The translations under genes were made by a program, and so were the position numbers. The notes beneath the pieces are model-generated. The model was not told the origin of the DNA. It saw nothing but the letters and a program-made list of their open reading frames with translations, and did not search any database. DNA of 63,980 nucleotides, filler included, from Choristocarpus tenellus KU-1152 (Eukaryota > Protista > Phaeophyceae), in assembly GCA_964200185.2 (NCBI GenBank). It is 12 parts of 12 records of this genome, joined end to end, with 100 filler letters (N's around TTAATTAATTAA, not from the genome) between each part and the next. Parts side by side here need not be neighbours in the genome. Positions count along the whole stretch, not along the records: positions 33,024 to 38,589 come from CAXNAD020010400.1; positions 38,690 to 43,812 come from CAXNAD020011793.1; positions 43,913 to 56,764 come from CAXNAD020001689.1; 9 more parts are not named here. The stretch is one strand, 5' to 3'. Of the stretch, positions 38,454 to 51,702 are shown one piece after another (the first letter of the stretch is position 1; each line of letters begins with the position of its first letter).

Positions 38454-38766
38454 GTACAAATAGGGTGTGGTGTGTTGTGGTGGGAGGGGGAGATCCCCAG
38501 ACCCATGGCAATGACATCTATTTTCATATACAGCTCTTCCAGAAACTCCAAGCCCTTCATACACTCTGGATTATGTTGCCTTGTTTCTGNNNNNNNNNNN
38601 NNNNNNNNNNNNNNNNNNNNNNNNNNNNNNNNNTTAATTAATTAANNNNNNNNNNNNNNNNNNNNNNNNNNNNNNNNNNNNNNNNNNNNGTTTCCCCTCA
38701 TAAACACCCCCACCCCCAGATACTGCCCCCTCCCTCCCTCCCTCCCTCTGGGTCCACATGTCTTGC

Positions 38767-41138
38767 CTGCAGTCCTTCCTGAGCATCTCAACAGCAGGGA
38801 CGGTCTCCACTGGGTGACACCTCATGCTCACTCCATGATACTTATACCCAAATCCCTCACGACCAAGCAGAACGTGGACTCTTGGCTCCATGGCTCGACT
38901 GAACCTGGAAGGCGATGAACAAGACCAAAATCAGCTTGGGTAACTTGTAAAGTGCACGACTAGCTCGAGAAATTTTTCTAGAATATTCTAGGAAACAGAG
39001 TCGGTTAGTGCCTTTGAAGTCGAGACACAAAAACAAGGCATCTGACCTTGCTCTTAACGGATTCACACCGGCCTCCTGTTCTCTGTTCAAAACGAAAATA
39101 GTAATGATAATGACAATGATAATGATAACATAACATAACATAACATAACATAATAATGGAAAACGCAACGTTTAGACATTTTTTCCCCTGGAAGTATGGC
39201 TATCGTTGTATCACACAACAACGTAAACCTGAACCTTGAATATTGGTACAAGCATTCCTGCAGCTCGTTGAGGGAAGGCCCTCTTTCAAACAAGACGCTC
39301 TTAAGGCATCATGCACTTTGCGTAACAAAAACGTTCAAGGTTCAAAGGCTTTGCCCAGGAGGTAAAAGCCTTGCCAGGTGGTGAAAGCCCTACCATGTGG
39401 TGAGTAGCTGATATCAATAGCACACGCTTGATCAGCAGTTCGGTGTATTTCTTTCAAGGCAACAAGGGGCACATAGAAGAGGCTCTTCTCTTACTCCTTA
39501 CTCAGCACAGTTGCACTTTGGTAAGGAGTCTACATCATGACAATTGTCGGTTTTAGGAGAACCGTCCAGTTTTACTGCGTACAGGCGCAATTACACAAAG
39601 AACACACCCAACGACCGCGGCACCGGTCTTGTCTCCTGTCGACTCGGAGATGGGAAGAACATGTGATAGGCATGGTAAGGCAATTGATTGGAAGCAGTAC
39701 CTGGCCATTGAGGGCACCATTTTGTGGTAGGAGTGACGTGATGGAGGATGACTGTATTCCTTCCACCAGATCGCAAACATGCGAACACCAAGTGAGTGGG
39801 TACGTTATTCGACTCTAGCACAGCAGGACATCATTGCCTCTATGTGTCGATGCTGAACTGCCAGAGGTACTCAAGTATACAGAACCCCAAGAAATTCATG
39901 CCTGCTGAAATGATAAATGCAATCGATGGACAGAATGGTATGAATGGGTAATGTCCCATATCTATCCGAACCCTCCCCTCCCACTCTCCCCATCCTCGTA
40001 CCGATATTGACGGAACACTTTGCACTCTTGCATTGCCTCAGCTATCTCTACCCTGCGCTCCTCCACCAGAAAGCTTGGCCAGAAGCGTAGCTCTCCTCCG
40101 CGACTGAGGGCTATGGTGCATGGTGGTGGCCGTCCCCCGTTGCCACCTTCTCTCGATCGGGAACGAAGCTCCATCGAGAGAGGTTTCCAAGGCCCCCAGC
40201 ACTGCAAGGGCCCAATAGTTGGGGAATATAAGCACGGCTTCAAGGGTCGTTCTCTTGCGTCAGGCGAGACGACAGGAGCAGGATCGTGGTGATATGAAAA
40301 AGACAAGCGACAAGAGGCATTTGAGATGCATTTAGAAGGGCTGACCCTTGCACTCCATTCTGGAGAGTGATTCACTTGCAGCAAGAGTATCGACTTGTTC
40401 CTCGTCTAGCCCCGTTCCACCGTTCCACAGAAGTACACTTAATCCACTCACCGTGCCATCATGAAACCTTGCCTTGCCGAAAGATAGTTGGTCCGAGGAG
40501 TTATGAGCATCTTCGACCAGTTGCTTGGCCCCAATCCCCTTCTGCAATACTTCTTCACCTAGGGATGAAGACTGCTCCCAATCCGACGGAGTGATCGCTC
40601 GGCAAGGCTTGACTTGAGAAAATATCGGGTTCATGATCCTTTCTCCCTCTCCAGATTCACCGCCCTGATCCTTAACTCGAGGCCCCGCAGACACTTCGTA
40701 AGGATGCTCCTCGACACAATCACCCCGCCCCTCCTCGACCGACACCACCGAAAATGTATACTGAGCCTCAGATGGTTTATCATCGTCTTCTCTCAGCAAG
40801 CCCTCGTTCACTTGTCGTGTGTGTGACATCATGACAGCCCTTGAATTACCGAGGAGAGGTTGAGGAAATCCTCCTGTTCCCCAATAATTGGCGAATCTGT
40901 GGCTCGACCAAGTCCAACCTTCGGGCCTACTATAGTATTGACCTCTATCGACTGTGCCAATCTCAAACGGGGCAACTTCTCCTTCCCCCAAGGAGGAAAA
41001 TGTCCGATAAGGTGCAAGGATATGAGGTGGACGTGTTTGGAGATCAGTGTAGGAGGACGACGACCGATTACCGTACTGGTAAAAACCAGGCCATTGGTAG
41101 CATATATTTCCTTGATCTTCTCTATTCTGATCCTCCAT
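38767..41138 (-). CDS. AlkB-family 2OG-Fe(II) dioxygenase (ALKBH2/3-like), 5' part: exons 40452-41138, 40002-40201, 38767-38904
   Basis: The spliced product reads GGELRFWPSFLVEERRVEIAEAMQECKVFRQY-R-FSRAMEPRVHVLLGREGFGYKYHGVSMRCHP..VPAVEML, matching the ALKBH2/3 N-terminal lid pattern (P.FL, RQ, PR, Y.Y.G). The catalytic HxD exon would lie beyond the contig end. Confidence 0.7.
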
Positions 41139-41404
41139 TTTGAGCAGGAAGGTGTACAACAGCGACTCTCTAGCTGCTAGGCAAGGGGACTGATGATCGA
41201 TCCATCTCCTGCAAATACTGCTCATAACAAGATACCATTTCATACTCAAATTGATATAGAAGATGACAGTAGTTATTGCCGTTACGGGCTATATGAAAAG
41301 AATGAGATACCTTTTCAGGTAAATAAGCACATTCTCACATAAACTCCAATTTGTGGGAAGTATAGATAAGGTGTGGGTAATAGTGTGAAGGTACATTTGA
41401 AGTC

Positions 41405-42965
41405 ATGTCTACAGATTTTAAGCGGGGGGAGACGGGAGTTCACACTGTAGAAGGAAATATCGCTGGACCTAGGGCGGCTAGGTTGGCGAAGCAGCGAGAT
41501 CAGGACCAGAAGGAGTATGAGAGTAAACGACAGAAAATTCAAGTGAGGCTTTCACGAGTGGGTTTGACGGGCTCGATCTACTTTCGAAGGGGGTGCAATT
41601 GGGATTAATTGGGCTTTGACGTGTATGGGTGCTGTGGCCTAGGAAAAGTAATCGAGGTATGGTTGAGCGACCTGACCAAGTCGATGTGCTGAACTGTCGT
41701 AGATGATGGGTTCGACTTTTTATCACTTGAAATGCAGCGACCTCCTGAAAACATGAACCAGTAGAACATAGATGCACTCAGAGTTATATAATTAGGGTTA
41801 AGGGCCACGTATTGGAAGGAGTTATCGTCACTTGTTGTAGTCACAATGGATTCAAACTCCTCCATGGTGTAACCTGTTTGTTTCTTTGAGGTTTTCTTAC
41901 GGTTACTGAGGTAGCAGGAGCGAGTCCCCCCTTCCCATCCACCCCCCTCACCTACGCATCCTACCCTATATCCTTATTTGCTTAGGTGTACAAGTAGTCT
42001 GAGAAACAGACAAGTAAAGCGATAGTACGGCAACGATCCCTTTCCCACCTTGATAACGTCCACAAACCAGCAACAATTTGTTTTCATTCTCTGACAGGAT
42101 GAGTATCATAGGGGATGCCTGCGAATTGATGATAAATTTGGTGGGAGCGCGACAGACCAATATGAGGCCATGTTCAAGGTGAGGACCCAACCCGTGTTTT
42201 TCGTTTTGGGTAGGAAATAACACTCCAATTTAGATCCCTGTCGCAATTTCGTTTATCCCTTTGCCCTTCAGTCGCTCTCTTGAGTGACGCCCCTGTGACA
42301 GTTGGTAGATCACCCCATGAAGTGGTATAATTCAAGGGAGTTTTGCTCCAGGATGGGCATAGCTTTGCACTTGCTCGATAGAGCGAAATTTCGAAGAAGT
42401 CGACGTTTTGTGACTGATCGGTGCCACCAACCAGCAATCGTTACCGATGCCAACGCACAACTTCTTATCTCCAAAAGGCCGGAGTGCGTTCACTTTCACC
42501 AACAACAGCATTCATTAGCCCTTGGAATGTTGGTCTGTTTCACTTATTGAATGGTGGGTCCATAGAGAAATTTCTTTCTTTGAGCTAAAAAAAACATACA
42601 TATATTGCTCCTACCGTTGCACGCGACCACGACCTTTACGATCAGAAAAAATAACCAAACCCCACCTCCTTCCTACTCTATCGTTCCTTCCCCCTCCCCT
42701 TCCCCCCACTCCCTAACCTGAACCCTTCTTCAGGCCACCACAGTTGGACTTGTGACGGCGGATGAGTTCCGAAAGGCGAGGGAACTGGCCGAGACCGGTG
42801 TGGAGGCCAAAGGAACCGGGGTTCGGGAGGGGGAAGAGGGCACCAGCAGCGCTGAGGGAAATAGTGCTGTGGCAAAGAAAAAGAAGAGGAAAAAGAAGAA
42901 GCTCATGTCCACCCTCTCCTTTGGTGAAGAGATTGATGAAGATGGGGAAGGGGAAGAAGAAGCGG
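41405..42965 (+). CDS. XAP5: FAM50/XAP5 family nuclear protein, first 3 exons (41405-41542, 42098-42178, 42734-42965), partial
   Basis: EGNIAGPRAARLAKQR, RIDDKF, FKATTVGLVTADEF, and KKKK..STLSF followed by an acidic stretch. Confidence 0.88.
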
Positions 42966-45834
42966 GTGAGGGAAAGGGGGGCAGGAGGGGAGAGGCGGGA
43001 AGGGGGAGGGGTGATATTTGTTAAGGGAAGGCTGGAAGGATGTTGAACCTTTGAGTTTCCTGTGGACAATGATTGGTTTTTGTAGCACAGGGAATGGGAG
43101 GTGGTGCAATATTCTGCTGGTTGGATGTATGCTCTAGTCTGTTTGTGTGTGTGTGTGTTTGACTGCTAGTGCTAATGTTCAAGAGGCATTTTTTTGCCCG
43201 TCTCATTTTGTAAAAAAATAAATCAGCGAGGCGCTTCAATTTTTGTTTTTTTTGCTTGGTTTTTGTGGGTGCATAGCAATACTTGTTTAATTGCTACAGA
43301 ATGGACTGGGGGCATCATCATTGTGTAACCCTACATCTTCAGCCTAGTACCTTCCTGAGAAATTCTCAAGGAAGAAGCAGGGGGGCATGAGTATGGCGTT
43401 TGTGTGAGGGATACTGTTCTGTTTCTGTGTATTTTACTCCTTTGGGATGGGTATTGTAGATACTTTGGTTGAAACCACGTGAAACAATTGTTGCAGGATG
43501 GTTTGGTTTTCGAAAATAAAAGGAGACCAAAAAAAGTGATATCAGTTGATGTGTTGTTGCATACGCTGTGGAAAAGATCGATGTCTCAGTCACTTGTGCG
43601 GTGGTAGTGTTTTTCTTAATATTTTTGCAATTTGATGCATTGCTCTGTAGTGCCCTGTAGTCCTGAATACATTGACCGAGATAGATGGGGATGTTAGTGG
43701 GAAAATGGGTGGGGGGCGCGGGGGCGGGTATCATACCATGTGCTCCATCTCCAGTGCAAGTGCAGGCCTTCATTGAGTGATGCCCCCTAAAGAGGGGGGT
43801 GACATTGGGTTTNNNNNNNNNNNNNNNNNNNNNNNNNNNNNNNNNNNNNNNNNNNNTTAATTAATTAANNNNNNNNNNNNNNNNNNNNNNNNNNNNNNNN
43901 NNNNNNNNNNNNCCATCAGAACAGAAGAATATTGCATTACTTAGAAGAGGGTTAGGGTTAGGGTTAGGGTTAGGGTTAGGACTGATGAAATAAAGTACAC
44001 AAAAGTAAAACAGTGTAAGAAGAAGATAAGTGGAGAGTGAAGAGAAAAAAAAAAAGATACCAAAATAAAAACAAATTGTCAAGAAGTATGGGTGTAGAAA
44101 AAAACATCAGAGTCCAATCCTCTAGTGTATAGCATGCCTGAATGACAGACATTTTATATCTTTTGTCTCTGGGGAAGAAGTTCACAGCGTCGTCATCAAC
44201 TATCAACCATGAACCATGAACCATCAACTATCAACCATCAACACTCAACTTAACTGGGTAAGCACTCTTTCAAATGGCAAAGGAAGCAGGGATCATCTAC
44301 AACCCTAACCCCGACCTGTTGGAAATATGTATGAAAATTACACTTAATGGTATTGTCAAGTAGGGCAAGGGACTACTACTATTAATGTTACTATTAATAC
44401 TACCAATAGTAACATTAATTCTATTATTAATACTACTACTATTAATAATAATAATAATAATAATAAAATTACCTTAAATACAATTATGACCGCTTCTACT
44501 TTAGCAAAACAAAGCCACGATGATAATAGCCCATTTCTTGAAATGGCGCAAAGCAAGAACATTTGGAGAATGACCAGGATAGTGGACAAAATTTATTTTC
44601 AAAAGTTCTTACGTATCAAATTTAAATTGTTATTGGTTCCTTGGGTCCAAAACAATCATGAAGGCTGCGTTGCAAAAAAAAAAACTAAAAAAAAACGAGC
44701 ACGGCACAGAAAAATCCTTTCTTTTTAAATGCGAGAAATTATTCTACGGAAAAATGCGAACACAAGTAACAACATTCAGAATAATATCTCGCATCATGAG
44801 CCACCGCAATCAAATTAACAAGATGTATTGTGTCACAAGCACGTCGACCACATCCTCCGTCAAAATTCCTAGTGGTGCCATGCCACACACAGTGCTCACA
44901 CGCACGCATCAACTCTAATCAACAACACCACATCCAAAGTGCACAGTACAAACAAATACTACCACTAATAGTACTAACCCTAACCTTAGCTTGAATTCAC
45001 AACACTATTATTTTTATTTATTGTCCACAAAATCATACTAATGCTATCTCATTATCACACACTGCATCATACATCCCGCTGTGAATCGTAGAAATAGAGT
45101 AACTACAACTTAATTTTTAAAAATAATAAAAAATAGTCAAAAACAAAAAAGTTGATGTCAAAATTGCTCCTTTCAAATACACACGTCAATTCGATCAAAA
45201 TTTAACAAAATAAATAAAAATTAATATTGTGCTCAATAAATACTTTCAATTCGTAACTCTAAATACAAATCAATAACAATAGTAATAATAATAATAATAA
45301 TAATATATTTCATGTCAATACCGTTCATCAGATATTTTTTTCTTATTTAACAGCTACACTAATAATATTTACTTTCCATTCCCAAGCAGGGAAGTGATCC
45401 TAATCATTGTAACCACCAAGCACTGGTCAATGTGTTTGATTTTTTTTATTATTTTGAGAACAAATACCCGTATCTTGACACCAACAACATACTCGCACTT
45501 GATGACATTGAAAGGTATACCTTACCATCAACATAACTATGGGTATACGGATGACAGTACATATTAAGTAAAATGTCGTTATTTACTCTTTCACAGTAGT
45601 TAATTAGTTAGTTAGTCATACTGTTCCAAGCACTCTATCACTTCCATATTTCCCTGTTAACAACACTGAACTAATGAGTATACATAGACTACTTCAAAGA
45701 ACCCATAACTACTATTATTGTCATCTTGATCATCACCACTACTAGTATTACTACTATTACTATTACTACTGATATTACTATCGTTACTATTACTATTATC
45801 ATTATTATTATTATTATATTTTTTCTTTGCTTGC

Positions 45835-48800
45835 CTGTGACATTGCCTTGGTTACCAGAGAGGTATTGATGTAGACAACATGTAGTGAGTTCTTTGTCTG
45901 TGATGCTTTTTTGAGCCATGCCTCATACTCTCGACGTTCTGCAGCATCAGCAAGACTACACCCAATGAGTGCCTCTGACAGACGGTACACCTGATGATCG
46001 GGATCAATTTAGGGTTAGGGTTAGGGTCAGGGTCAGGGTCAGGGATATATTGGGTCTTAAAACTAACCAGGGTTTCCACACCGAACAAGGGCATTATTGT
46101 GGGCGGGCTGCTGAATAAATCCAGAGAGATATCTTTTTCATGCATACACACATCTAAAATATATATGCGTACATACATAAATATAAAATAAAAATAATGC
46201 ATACAGTTATACAAAAAAGGATTAAAAAATAGATACATGCGATTTTAACAATAACACTAAATGTATTATTCTTAAACACGTATGCGGAACAGTTTCATGT
46301 ATTTGTTGTTAGTTAGGGTTAGGGTTAGTATATTTTTTGTTGCTTTTTCTTACTCCTCTACCTCCACTTTCACATCATTCTATATCACACTCAGGCTCTA
46401 CTCTAATTTATTTTGATTTATTTTTATTGGTTGATGCTTTGCTCGTATACCTAAGTTAACAATCCTCCTCTTCTAACCCTACCCTAACCCCTAATCCAGC
46501 AGACTATTAAATCAGTGAGTGCTGTTGATAGCACCAACCCTAACCCTAAACATCACAAAAACAAGAAAATAAAATCATTCTTAAAAATAAAACAGATGTA
46601 ACTCTCATTTTAAGGGACTCAACCCCAGAGTCAGGGTTACAACTCTGGGTTAGGGTTAGGGTTATGGATGGTGTCTCTTCTCATGAAAAAAATAATAATA
46701 ATTATGTTTAGGTTAAAAAACAACTTGGATTAAATTAATGTGTGTAGGGTTAGGGATGGTGTTTCATGTCGTGAAAAACAGTAAAAGATTTAGGGTTAGA
46801 GGAAAGGTTAGGGTTAGGGTTAGGGTTAGGGTTCAAATGTAGAGTTAGGGATGGTGCCTTATCTAATAAAATATGTAACATCTAAGGTTGAAGGATGGTG
46901 AATATCTACCTCTGGAAAGTAGTTTAGAGGTTAGGAAAATGGAGTTTGGTTTAGGGTTAGGGTTAGGTGAAAATCTTGTAAACATTAAATATCTTGCCTT
47001 GGCAATCGGTACAAACAGTCTGGGGTATGGCTAGGGTTAGGGATAGTGTTAATGCAGAGTTTTAATAAGGTTAGGGTTAGGGTTACTACCTATACAGAAA
47101 AAAAATGAAAGGCAGAAAACATGCCTCAGTTGTAGGGTAAGGGATAAATGGATGGGTGTAGGGATAGGGCTAACTAAGGTTAGGGTTATGATGATACATG
47201 CTCCACAAAGAGCAAGAGTACTACTATAGAAAATAGTACTCAATACTGTTAGGGTTAGGGTTAGTGCTGTTTTCCACATCCACCTTAATTAAGGGTTAGA
47301 TTTAGGGTTAGTACTGTTATTCTAATCCATCTTAATCTAGGGTTAGGGTTAGTATTGATTTCCACACCTGTCTTAATTCAGGGTGTTCAAAACAAATGTT
47401 GTGCAGGGGAGAAGCAATATACACATTACAAAAAAAGGTATACCTAGATAGATACATAAGCACATTCCTGGCTCGTGACAACATAAGAGATAACTGATAG
47501 GGTATAGGGTTGGGGTTAGGGATGACACCTGTAAACCAATACAGAGTAAAGGAGGACAGGATTAGGGTTAGGGTTAGGTGGTCATTGTGTGTTGTCTACA
47601 CAGCTGATATTAGAGAAAAAAAAGTAACAGAAAATGCTCATTACAGGTAAACCATGATCTCATAATGTAACCCTAACCCTAACCCTAACCCTAACCCTAA
47701 CCCTAACATTTTAGGTACCTACCCTATCTCCAACTCCTCAAAAAATACTAAAATATACAGTAATATATATACAATCATTAAAGTAGAAAAGAAAAGTCAA
47801 CTCAGTACCGTACATAGAACACAAATAGCCAATCAAAAAAGAGGTACAAAGAACCAACAAGAAAAAAAAAGACATAAGAGGCCAGACTAGACTAGACTAG
47901 ACTAGACTAGGCAATCAAAAAAGAGGTACAAAGAACCAACAAAAAAAAACAGACATAAGAGGCCAGACTAGACTAGACTAGACTAGATCAAACCAGACAA
48001 GACTAGACCGGACTAGACCAGAGACTCACTGGCACATTGACAAATCCATTGGCATCCAGTGTAGCCCTAACACTCTCCGCCATGAAGTCAACACCCAAGC
48101 ACGCTATACTTGAGGCACCTTCTGCAGCCATGTTGACAGCTGCATCCCCCATAGCCAGCGAGTCAGCTATTGCTACATGAGGCCACTTAAGGGCCGACAG
48201 AGTGCCCTGTATCAGTCACATAGGCCACAGAGTGATATGAGACGGAGGTAGGGCTATGGAAAATCTTGACAAGGATACAAGAGGTAAGTGAGGTTGGGAA
48301 GATATTGGGACAGTGGCTACCCCATAGCCACAAAAGTGGGACTTGACATGAGGTCACTCCAGGGCTGACAGAGTGCCCTGTAGCAATATTGTTAGCCACA
48401 AGGGTGGGGCTGGAGCAGGGAGGGTAAATAGGGGTTCAATATTTGGCAGGCTGCTGATCTTCATGAGAAATTCCAGATTGCCAATGATGAATATGTGGCG
48501 ATTGGTATGACAGTTGAAGGTACACCATTTGACAGTACAAGCTTTAAAACCCAACATACCCCCAAATGGTTTCCTCCCCAGGAATACATTACCTCATACC
48601 ACACTGCATACTGAACCATACCCCTAATTATATCCCTGGGCCAGAGAGACTCCTACCCAGTTGAAATAGAGAGACAATGCCATGTAGCAGTACCAACAAC
48701 CACATAGCTACAGAGCATCCATGTGGCTCTGCAACTAAGGCGGTGGCTACCAGCATCAATAAAATAAAGTGAGTTTGGACCCCGTCAACGCCAGTCTTGT

Positions 48801-50022
48801 CATCAACAAATTATGGTTTTGCTAATGCTATTCCACATGCCAAGCTCTACAGATTGTGCACATATACCATACTATTATCCTCTCTGTGCCAAACCACACT
48901 CTATGCCACACCACACTGTCGCCTGACCAAGGTGGAAACTTTGGGGCAGGTTCGGCAGAATAGTTAAGAGAGGAGACGAAATGATAAGGGGTGGGAGTGA
49001 TAAACCCAACGAGTGAGAAGCAAGGCAGGAACAAAGGTAATACAGTACAATTAGCTGTAGAGCAATATAGCCAGTCAGCACTATGCACCACAGGTAGATA
49101 GTGTGAGAAGCAGCATTGCAGTGTGTAGTGCCTCTGACCACGGGTCAGGATCGTCCCCAACTAACTTCATTCAAAATAATAATAATAATAGTAAATAGTA
49201 ATGGAAAGTTACGCAAAAAAACCAGGGTGTTCCATCTATTGCTAAGGCATGCATGCCTGGAGAAATTGGGACTGTGATCCAAAATTGGAACCACATCGCA
49301 AAACTTGAATGTTACTCAATCAAAACTTGAATCTTACTCAATCAAAACTTGAATGTTACTCAATCAAAACTTGAATCTTACTCAATCAAAACTTGAATGT
49401 TACTCAATCAAAACTTGAATCTTACTCAATCAAAACTTGAATGTTACGCAATCAAAACTTGAATCTTACTCAATCAAAACTTGAATCTTACTCAATCAAA
49501 ACTCACTCCATCACTAAAGTTAAGTATCGGAAAATCTTAGGACATCTAGTGATGAGAACGATGAGGTAGACTAAGTGTAGCAAGAGGTTTCCGACTTTTC
49601 CAGACACGCTCAAACAAAAAGTGGAACACCCAAGTTTTTGCACAAACATCCCAACACAAGAGTTTGCCGCACTCTACCATCCAATTCGCAATGACTCTTG
49701 TCAGCAATCAAGAGCCAAAATATGTCAAAAAAAAAGAGAAAAAAAAGAGATAAGCCCACTGAAAAAATTGGCGTCTGATTAGCTGTGGGACACGTCTTAA
49801 CCACTTGACGAGTACGGTCATCAAACAATAAAACACGCCTGAGACATAATACAGAACCTCTATTGGAAAAAAGAAGAAGAATTGGGACTTACCTGTAGCT
49901 CTGCATCCATGTAGTAATGTGCAACTACACCCATGTTCTTCTCCTTGAGAGAAGCATCCAGTTCCAAAACAGCTGTGGGGTCTGGCATGAGAAAGGTTGC
50001 CTGTGTCTCTGCAAAGGGTCCG
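45835..50022 (-). CDS. nadA: Quinolinate synthase (plant-type QS/NadA), internal exons 49893-50022, 48030-48206, 45835-45990
   Basis: GPFAETQATFL.PD...LKEKNMGVVAHYYMDAELQ-GTLSALKWPHVAIADSLAMGDAAV...IACLGVDFMAESVRATLD...VYRLSEALIGCSLADAA...LHVVYINTSLVTKA, closely paralleling plant QS motifs. Confidence 0.93.
47831..48020. repeat. Tandem duplication of about 82 bp carrying a (GACTA)n microsatellite
   Basis: aatcaaaaaagaggtacaaagaaccaaca...gacataagaggcca(gacta)n occurs twice, next to a QS splice donor. Confidence 0.9.
48345..48397 (-). pseudogene. Duplicated start of a QS exon, with its own acceptor and a TGG to TGA change
   Basis: tacag|GGCACTCTGTCAGCCCTGGAGTGACCTCATGT versus the functional tacag|GGCACTCTGTCGGCCCTTAAGTGGCCTCATGT. 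Confidence 0.8.
49299..49503. repeat. 22-bp minisatellite, about 9.3 units
   Basis: Unit caaaacttgaat(g/c)ttactcaat. Confidence 0.97.
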
Positions 50023-51668
50023 CTGAAAAAGAAAAAAAAAACATAAAAAACAGATAAATTCAAAATTGAGATCTAAAAAAAATGGCATGCACTTTCTGAT
50101 GCCGGTGGCAGGGTTCTAAGGCTTAGGTTTCTGATTCAACTAAAAAAAAAAAGTACTAATACTTTTTTTTAACCTTCCAGTGTCTCTTCAAAAAAAAGAT
50201 AAAATATTCTGCATTTATCCTTTTTTTTTTCAAAGGTTCTTGTCACAGTGAGTAGATAAGATGCTTTGCAGTTAACGGTTCTGTTTGCAAATAGGAACAT
50301 TTTTTCTTTTTTTACATTTCCTTTTGACAGCATAGGAACAATTTGTAAAACCATTACACTCTTGTGTACCTCAGTGAACGGAGTAGTGAAAAGGTCCCCA
50401 GGAAGTAAAAAAAAAGAGAACAAAATGAGATGAAAAACAAAATGCATTGGTATCAGCAGAGGGAACTTTCAATTACATTGATGAAAAAAAATTAAGAAAC
50501 AAGTACACGTAGTTCAATTTATGTTCCAAAAAAGACAAAAAGTTAGGGTTAGGGACAGGGTTGTGGTGTTTGACCACAGCTACAAAGCATCCGTTGACGA
50601 AAGTGCAATGTAAAGTGCAATGTAATGTGCAATGTATGGGGTTATGTATTGGTCTTATGTGGGATATTTTGGTGGTAATGTGTTGAGAGGATAGACGTTA
50701 GCGTGACAACCAGCACCCCAATTAGGTTGTTCAAATGATGATTCACTGACCCGCAGACCACATCTTGAACAAAAGAGTCATGCCTGTTAAAATCCTCGAA
50801 AACCCTAACCCTAACCCTAACCCTAACCATCACAACATTACAGCCTGCCCTAAGGAACCTCCAAATTCTTAGATGATACAGACCGGAACCTTAATTTAGG
50901 GTTACGATTAGTCAGCAGTTCCAATCCTCCCCATCAACTCCAGCAAGAAACCCTAATCCTAAACCCTACCCAAGGCCCAATACAAGCAATAAAACCTTGA
51001 AATCAAACTGATTCGTAACCCTAACCCTAACCCTAACCCTAACCTTGTCGGTTTTGGTACAGGTTATGAAGACTACTACAATTGCCATCACCTCGCCACC
51101 ACATAGAAAGGGCGACTTCTACAAATTTTCAAACAGGGTTTCCTAACCAAAGACGTGTGCTTTTTTTTTCAATACTTCATAGCATCACAAACCGTGCCAG
51201 TTTAACTTCCTTTACTTCAATAGAGAAAAAAAATAAAGTAAAAAAAATAGACAAAAATAAACATTATGAATAGAAAAAGGTTCCGTTTCATGGTTCTCTC
51301 TACTTACTTACAACACCATTCTTCACAGCAGTCAACCCTTCAGCCACTCTTATTCAGACATGGACGAGCACTTGTCTGTCTAAGATATTACAGATCTAGA
51401 AATGAACATATACTACATACTAGGGTTAGGGTTGTGAGTCAAACTTCCACACCTCCGGAGTGACCTCATTCCAGCTGGGAGGTCTTGTTTGGCAACCAGA
51501 CTCCACTTTGCCTCATGTGCCAACAGTCCAATCAAATGAGTCCAAAATCTTCTAGTCAACTCAATAAAAAAATATTATTATTTTTTAACTCTTTCGGTTC
51601 ACAGAACAAATAATTTCTAAAATATATATATACTGTCAATGGCAATTTTCTCATTTTCAATGAACAAA

Positions 51669-51702
<34 letters not shown>

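Larger units (their letters stand above)
43949..51431. repeat. Numerous interstitial (TTAGGG)n/(CCCTAA)n tracts
   Basis: Examples at 43949-43980, 46806-46833, 47667-47707, 50802-50828 and 51016-51045, plus many 1-3 unit copies in both orientations. Confidence 0.95.

Noticed and set aside
43949-43980. True chromosome end
   Set aside because: Only about 5 units, embedded in unique sequence, with mixed orientations nearby.
48351-48359. Selenocysteine or TGA=Trp recoding in the duplicated QS exon
   Set aside because: Homology stops a few codons later, an intact TGG copy exists, and no SECIS-like evidence was seen.
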